The notes below the pieces were generated by a model. That model saw only the letters and a list, made by a program, of their open reading frames with translations, made no database searches and was not told where the DNA came from. Of a DNA stretch of 64,000 nucleotides, positions 59,908 through 64,000 are shown in pieces. Source of the stretch: a virus; UHGV virus genome UHGV-0310767, one strand, 5' to 3'. The translations under genes were made by a program, and so were the position numbers. Within the stretch, counting starts at the first letter, position 1, and each line of letters begins with the position of its first letter.

Positions 59908-60026
59908 TATTCACCTCTCCTAAATTTTAATTTTGTATCTCTTACAATAAAGAGTATATCACATACTTTATGATAAGTCAATCACTTTTTCAAAAAATTT
60001 TTTAATTTATTTTTTCATGTTCCGAA

Positions 60027-60614
60027 TTACTTTATATCCAATTCTTTTTTTAATTGTCTTATTAATTTATTTATAATTCTACTAATGTTAGAGTGAGTCG
60101 TGTTAAATTCTTTTGCGATTTCTATTTGTTTATAACCAGCAATAAATTTATATAATATCTTTTTTTCTTTTTCGTTTTTAATTTTATCCAAAAAATTCTC
60201 TAAAACTATTTTAATAATAGTTTCATTTTCTACATCACATCTTATATCAGAAATGCAATTTAATCCATCGTTTATTTCTTTATCATCATTAATTTTCCTA
60301 GATGTATTATAATGAAAAAGATATTTTTCTCCTTCCCTCTTTTGCATGGTTTCTTTTCTCCATTGATGTTTTACTTCATTCCACATAATAAAATATGCAT
60401 AAGTAGAAAATTTTGAACCTTGTTCTGGATTAAAAGTTCGTGCGGCTTTTACTAAACCGATAGCCGCAATATCATAGTAATCATCTATAGTTAAATTCCT
60501 ACTTTTTAAAAAAGAATAAATAAGATTATGATTTTCTGTAATAAAATAATCTAATTCATTCTTTGTGTAAGGGGGTAGTTTCAACGTTTCACTTCCTTTC
60601 TGAGTTTCAGACAA
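60027..60614 (-). CDS. Sigma-70-family sigma factor (195 aa).
   Basis: Region 2-like IAAIGLVKAARTFNPEQGSKFSTYAYFIMWNEVK. Region 4 HTH YKQIEIAKEFNTTHSNISRIINKLIRQLKK. Confidence 0.65.
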   Translation of the reverse strand: MSETQKGSETLKLPPYTKNELDYFITENHNLIYSFLKSRNLTIDDYYDIAAIGLVKAARTFNPEQGSKFSTYAYFIMWNEVKHQWRKETMQKREGEKYLFHYNTSRKINDDKEINDGLNCISDIRCDVENETIIKIVLENFLDKIKNEKEKKILYKFIAGYKQIEIAKEFNTTHSNISRIINKLIRQLKKELDIK

Positions 60615-60676
60615 TTAAAACCGATTTAGATTTTATATATCTAAAAACCAATTTAAATTTTCTGATATCTTATATA

Positions 60677-60960
60677 TTATATATCAACAATTATTTTAAA
60701 ACCTATTATGCCATTCTCTACATAATAAGGAATAATAGAATTATACTCTGTGGTACATATTACCCTTAACATACATTCGGCATAATCTTTACCTGTCATA
60801 TCACAAATTCTTCCTTTGTATAAAGTTTCACCCCCCCACATACATTAAGATGAAGCCCTCTTGTGTCTAAATTAGATGAATAACTTTTGTTCTTGTGAAT
60901 AAAGACATAAGTATTACTATCTAATTTATTTAATATATCCACTAAAAATATACTTTCCAT
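60677..60960 (-). CDS. Small protein gene containing a G7 tract (+ strand C7 at 60831-60837). The current frame stops after 57 aa; G8 gives a 94-aa protein (...HLNVCGGGETLYKGRICDMTGKDYAECMLRVICTTEY...).
   Basis: ATG at 60960 with RBS aaagaaaggaaaattt ATG. The alternative frame is open to 60677. Confidence 0.4.
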
Positions 60961-60992
60961 AAATTTTCCTTTCTTTATTCTTTATTTACTTT

Positions 60993-61152
60993 TCTGACTT
61001 TTATATCCTTTAAAAAATCACCAAAAGTTGCATAATATTCCCTTGCGCCTTTTAACCAAATAAGATATTTAGCTTTAGCATCTGATTCCGCTTCTATAAA
61101 ATTTCCTTGCAGATGTTCTACTGAGTTTGATTCATAATAATAAGTATTCATT
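60993..61152 (-). CDS. Small hypothetical protein (53 aa). Not in the ORF track.
   Basis: RBS gaaggagataaaaa ATG. Promoter-like TTTACA-16-TTATAAT at 61222-61250. Confidence 0.35.
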
Positions 61153-61221
61153 TTTTATCTCCTTCATAAAAAAATATTTTTTGATACTATCTTTAAAAAT
61201 CCTATTTATAGATTTTATTAT

Positions 61222-61250
61222 ATTATAACATAAAAATAAAAAATTGTAAA
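61222..61250 (-). promoter_or_regulatory. Candidate sigma-A-type promoter with the upstream 21-bp motif (61269-61289) and a preceding terminator hairpin (61293-61345).
   Basis: Minus strand: TTTACA, 16 nt, TTATAAT. Same terminator-motif-promoter arrangement as at 46603-46705. Confidence 0.4.
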
Positions 61251-62026
61251 GAATAAAATAAATTTTTCCTTCAATTCGTAAAGTAAAAAAATAAAACAAA
61301 AAACGGCCGGGAATTTTTAATATCGCCATTACCGTTTTTTGTTTTATGTATTTTCGCCTGGAAATTTTCTTTATCGCCATTCTGGGATTTTTAGATTGCC
61401 CCAATTTACATACAAATTATTTATACAATTATTTACAAAAAATATTTTTCAAATTTAAATTGTAAGAATTTTCTGACTTTTAAAAATGGTCATAAAATTT
61501 CTGCTGTCTCGGTCCATCTTGTTTGCATCCTGTTATAAACTCGTAAAAAGCGTTTCTAGCCACTTTACATATGCGCTTGATATTTTATCCATCTTCACTA
61601 TAAAGTGGCTAGAATTAGCTTATAATGCGTTATACGGCATGTTAACATAATACTATGTGGTAAGGAGGATATAACGCCCCTCATTTTACATTGTCGGACA
61701 TTTCCTCATGAACACTGTTAAAACTGGTCTTACTTGCTTTTACCGGGTTTTAACAACCTTCCTACATCGTCTAAACCTCTCAGAATCGCCATAGACGGCC
61801 TAAACACTCTTAAGCTTATATAACTACCTTAAAGCCTTTAAACTCGACTCTCATTGATTCTGATAATCTCTAGTAAATTAATAGGAATGAATTTCAATTC
61901 ATGACATACAGACTTTTACACTTTACTTTATTAAATTATCAATGTCACATAAATAAAAATAAGTAACCCCTAAAGCTTTTACACTTTAAAGATTGCCTAT
62001 ACCTATTTAACGGTTTTATAGTGGCT

Positions 62027-62158
62027 ATTTAATTCAATGTTCCCATGTCAACCTTTTAATACCATTCACCCATATTTCTATATTACTACCTTCTCTAAAC
62101 CACTCTACAGCGGTTTTATGGACTTCTGTACATTCCCCTGTGGTAGTGTTCATGTAAT
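62027..62158 (-). CDS. Small hypothetical protein (43 aa). Not in the ORF track.
   Basis: RBS gaagaaaggagtaaacaacaa ATG. Confidence 0.3.
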
Positions 62159-62407
62159 ATTTATTCATTTGTTGTTTACTCCTTTCTTCTCTTTCCTATA
62201 ATGATATCATACATTTCATATAAAGTCAAGTCTGAATATTTGCTATTTTAAACTGTAATTATCTGATAATTAAAAAATTGTACCTTCCATGTTTGCACAA
62301 TCAAGTTTGCATTCCACACCATACATTATGTAACTATTTAATTATGTAATAATTATATCATCATTTTATGAATCTGTCAATTACTTTTTTATATATTTTC
62401 ATAATAA

Positions 62408-62440
62408 AAACCTTCCATTTCTGGAAGGTTTTAAAAACTT
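62408..62440. terminator. Bidirectional rho-independent terminator.
   Basis: aaaaaccttcc atttct ggaaggtttt: perfect 10-bp stem with A-run and T-run flanks. Confidence 0.6.
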
Positions 62441-62616
62441 AAACTTAATATGCATATGAAATTTTGTTCATAATAGCCCCGTACCGTGTCCCCTCTGGAT
62501 TATATTTGAACATGGTATCAGTTGTAATAGCTGCCGGGTGGCGTTTCCCAGGTCTTTCTAAACAATGCTTTATACCTCCTCATACAAGAATACCCCGCAC
62601 GGCGGCGGGGCTTCTT

Positions 62617-62907
62617 TTAGGCTTCTTTCTTCCAGTATGCCGGATATCTGCCCGTTTCGTTGGTGCAGTTGTAATACATGAAAGCATTAACCACGGTTTC
62701 AAATTCACGGTTGCGGGCTATTGTAGTGTTGAACCCGTCCCCACTAACTTGCGTGTAGCTTTCCCGCTGTGCGTCTGAGTAGCAACCCCACGGGGAAACC
62801 GGGGACAGCTTGCAAGCTGTCAAGCGGATGACCTCACCCGCATTATAGCGGCGGGCGGCTTCCTTCTTACTAATGCGGATATAACCGCCTATTTGTATTT
62901 TATTCAT
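62617..62907 (-). CDS. Hypothetical protein (96 aa) in a GC-rich island.
   Basis: ORF. Local GC content is markedly higher than in neighbouring AT-rich DNA. Confidence 0.4.
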   Translation of the reverse strand: MNKIQIGGYIRISKKEAARRYNAGEVIRLTACKLSPVSPWGCYSDAQRESYTQVSGDGFNTTIARNREFETVVNAFMYYNCTNETGRYPAYWKKEA

Positions 62908-63127
62908 GGTGCAACCTCCTATTTGTGCATTTTGCTATTGTATGCGGTTCTTTCTGTGGTGCTAGTTGGGTAGAAGTAGGCTTGTAATCAGCATAAGGGG
63001 ACTTCATTTTTTCCACCCGTGGAATGTCCTCAATTGCTTTGACATTTGCTTTGTGTATGGAATATCCTACCATTATACCTATACCTATCATAGATACTAA
63101 TACGATTTTAGCAATTAATTTTTTCAT
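62900..63127 (-). CDS. Small membrane-anchored or secreted protein (75 aa).
   Basis: N-terminal hydrophobic helix MKKLIAKIVLVSMIGIGIMVGYSI. Confidence 0.4.
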   Translation of the reverse strand: MKKLIAKIVLVSMIGIGIMVGYSIHKANVKAIEDIPRVEKMKSPYADYKPTSTQLAPQKEPHTIAKCTNRRLHHE

Positions 63128-63278
63128 TTTTTTATTCTCCTTTTTATTCTTTATTCATAAAATTTACCACTCTCGTAAAACCAATAGTTATTGGATTCAC
63201 AAATTTCCTTTAAATCTTTATCTGAAATTTCGTAAAAGAACTCATATCCCATCTTTTCAAATTCCCTAGTTAATGTAG

Positions 63279-63512
63279 TTAAGGAATCTGAAAAAAATCT
63301 TTGAAATTTCTTAACAAGACCGATAGGAAATTTAAGAAATCACTCTCTTGTCTATTGTATTCTTTCATTAAAGTACCTGTAATAAACGCTTTTGCGTCTT
63401 TTTCTGCATCTTCTTGTGAACTAAATTCAAATTCCCCTTGTGTGCCAACGATAACATGGTTTAACAGAATATCGTAAAGCCATACAGTTTCTGTATTTTT
63501 ATATGTATTCAT
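63279..63512 (-). CDS. Hypothetical protein (77 aa)
   Basis: ORF with RBS (caaaaggaggtataaATG on the minus strand). Confidence 0.35.
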   Translation of the reverse strand: MNTYKNTETVWLYDILLNHVIVGTQGEFEFSSQEDAEKDAKAFITGTLMKEYNRQESDFLNFLSVLLRNFKDFFQIP

Positions 63513-63640
63513 TTATACCTCCTTTTGAAATTTTGTGCTGATTGATTATGTACTAAGTATAAAGCATTTATTTTATTTTGTCAATACTTTTTAAAAATAA
63601 ATTTTAAAAAATCCCCATTGTTTAAATGGGGATTTTACAG

Positions 63641-64000
63641 TCTTTAGAATGGTGCAATACCTAACTTCGACTTGTTTGCCTTTTCCTGCTCTTTGGCTTT
63701 TCTTTTTTCTTCTAATTGTTTGTTATAGTCTGCCGTAGACATAATAATGGGTTCCTCTTTTTTGGGGGCCGCTGTTTTAGGTGCAGTAGGTGCCTTTTCT
63801 TTTTCTTTTGGATTGGATACAGGTTTTTCTGGCTTTTTTACCGTTTTCTTCTTTAACTCCTGCTTTGGTTTTTCTACTTTTGGTTGTTCTGGCTCTGGTT
63901 CTGTGATAACAGGGGAATTAAAGTCAATTACTTCATCATAATTTACCCTTTTTTCCTTTTTGTTTTCTTCCTTTGTGTCCTCCTGGTCCTCGTTTTCAAA
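63641..64000 (-). CDS. Lys/Glu/Pro-rich protein, 5'-partial (extends past the window end). The C-terminus ...SKLGIAPF is SSB-tail-like.
   Basis: The minus-strand frame is open from 64000 to the stop at 63641. The + strand ORF 63747..63941 is the mirror artefact. Confidence 0.4.

Noticed and set aside
61132-61404. ORF 61132..61404 (minus, 90 aa) and small + strand ORFs around 62464..62778 and 63024..63269
   Set aside because: They overlap the terminator-motif-promoter unit, or are antisense to better-supported minus-strand genes with an RBS. Composition (Phe/Ile/Leu runs) is typical of AT-rich non-coding frames.
63747-63941. + strand ORF 63747..63941 (Gly/Phe/Ser-rich)
   Set aside because: Mirror image of the minus-strand Lys/Glu/Pro-rich ORF that runs from the window edge to 63641 and has a sensible SSB-like C-terminus. 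The + strand frame has no RBS.
1-64000. CRISPR arrays, tRNA/rRNA genes
   Set aside because: No regularly spaced direct repeats with unique spacers. Intergenic regions inspected (7020-7330, 25745-25885, 61405-62030) do not show tRNA cloverleaf hallmarks (no GTTC/TTCGA T-loop in context). None is called.

Overview
The window is about 64 kb of a very AT-rich double-stranded DNA tailed-phage or prophage genome from a Gram-positive anaerobe.

**Host clues (Firmicutes/Clostridia-like):** an NlpC/P60 endolysin with choline-binding-type WYY cell-wall repeats, a SleB-like cell-wall hydrolase, the anaerobic class III ribonucleotide reductase NrdDG, and two phage-encoded sigma-70-family factors.

**Layout:**
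- + strand, 1..23038: the end of the tape-measure gene, then baseplate/tail proteins, a large modular fibre protein, a family of glycine-rich tail-fibre paralogs, and the endolysin.
- Minus strand, about 23091..57000: nucleotide metabolism and replication genes (dUTPase, NrdG, NrdD, a RecD/Dda-like helicase, DNA polymerase III alpha in three exons, a RecJ-like DHH exonuclease, a SprT-like protease, a primase, a DnaB-like helicase, a C5 methyltransferase and a AAA ATPase).
- 57000..64000: a small tyrosine recombinase, a second sigma factor, a small methyltransferase and many small genes.

**Selfish elements:** a 331-aa intein sits exactly in the Walker A P-loop of the RecD-like helicase. Two group-I-intron-like insertions, each carrying an HNH endonuclease ORF, split dnaE so that the PD|IDLD active-site motif spans a splice junction. 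A third candidate intron with an endonuclease ORF interrupts a baseplate gene. A free-standing HNH-AP2 endonuclease is also present.

**Most striking signal:** there are at least ten G/C homopolymer tracts of 6-8 nt in a roughly one-third-GC genome.
- Almost all lie inside coding sequence, typically at the conserved N-terminal FPTGGG motif of the tail-fibre paralogs (encoded GGGGGGGG). The Gly-rich bodies of the same genes avoid GGG codons.
- Affected genes include the C5 methyltransferase and several small genes.
- Most of these genes are out of frame by +1 or -1 at the tract.
- One paralog (17631..18866) carries G8 and is in frame; its neighbours carry G7 or G6 and are out of frame.
- This looks like a slipped-strand contingency-locus (phase-variation) network for receptor-binding proteins plus a methyltransferase in a phage. 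The alternative is systematic homopolymer sequencing error.

**Other tail-fibre family features:**
- An extra inverted tail-fibre paralog (47324..48467, minus) and a decayed remnant (51740..51970) sit inside the replication module.
- A GC-rich patch inside the large fibre gene points to a recently exchanged receptor-binding module.

No CRISPR array, tRNA or rRNA was recognised.
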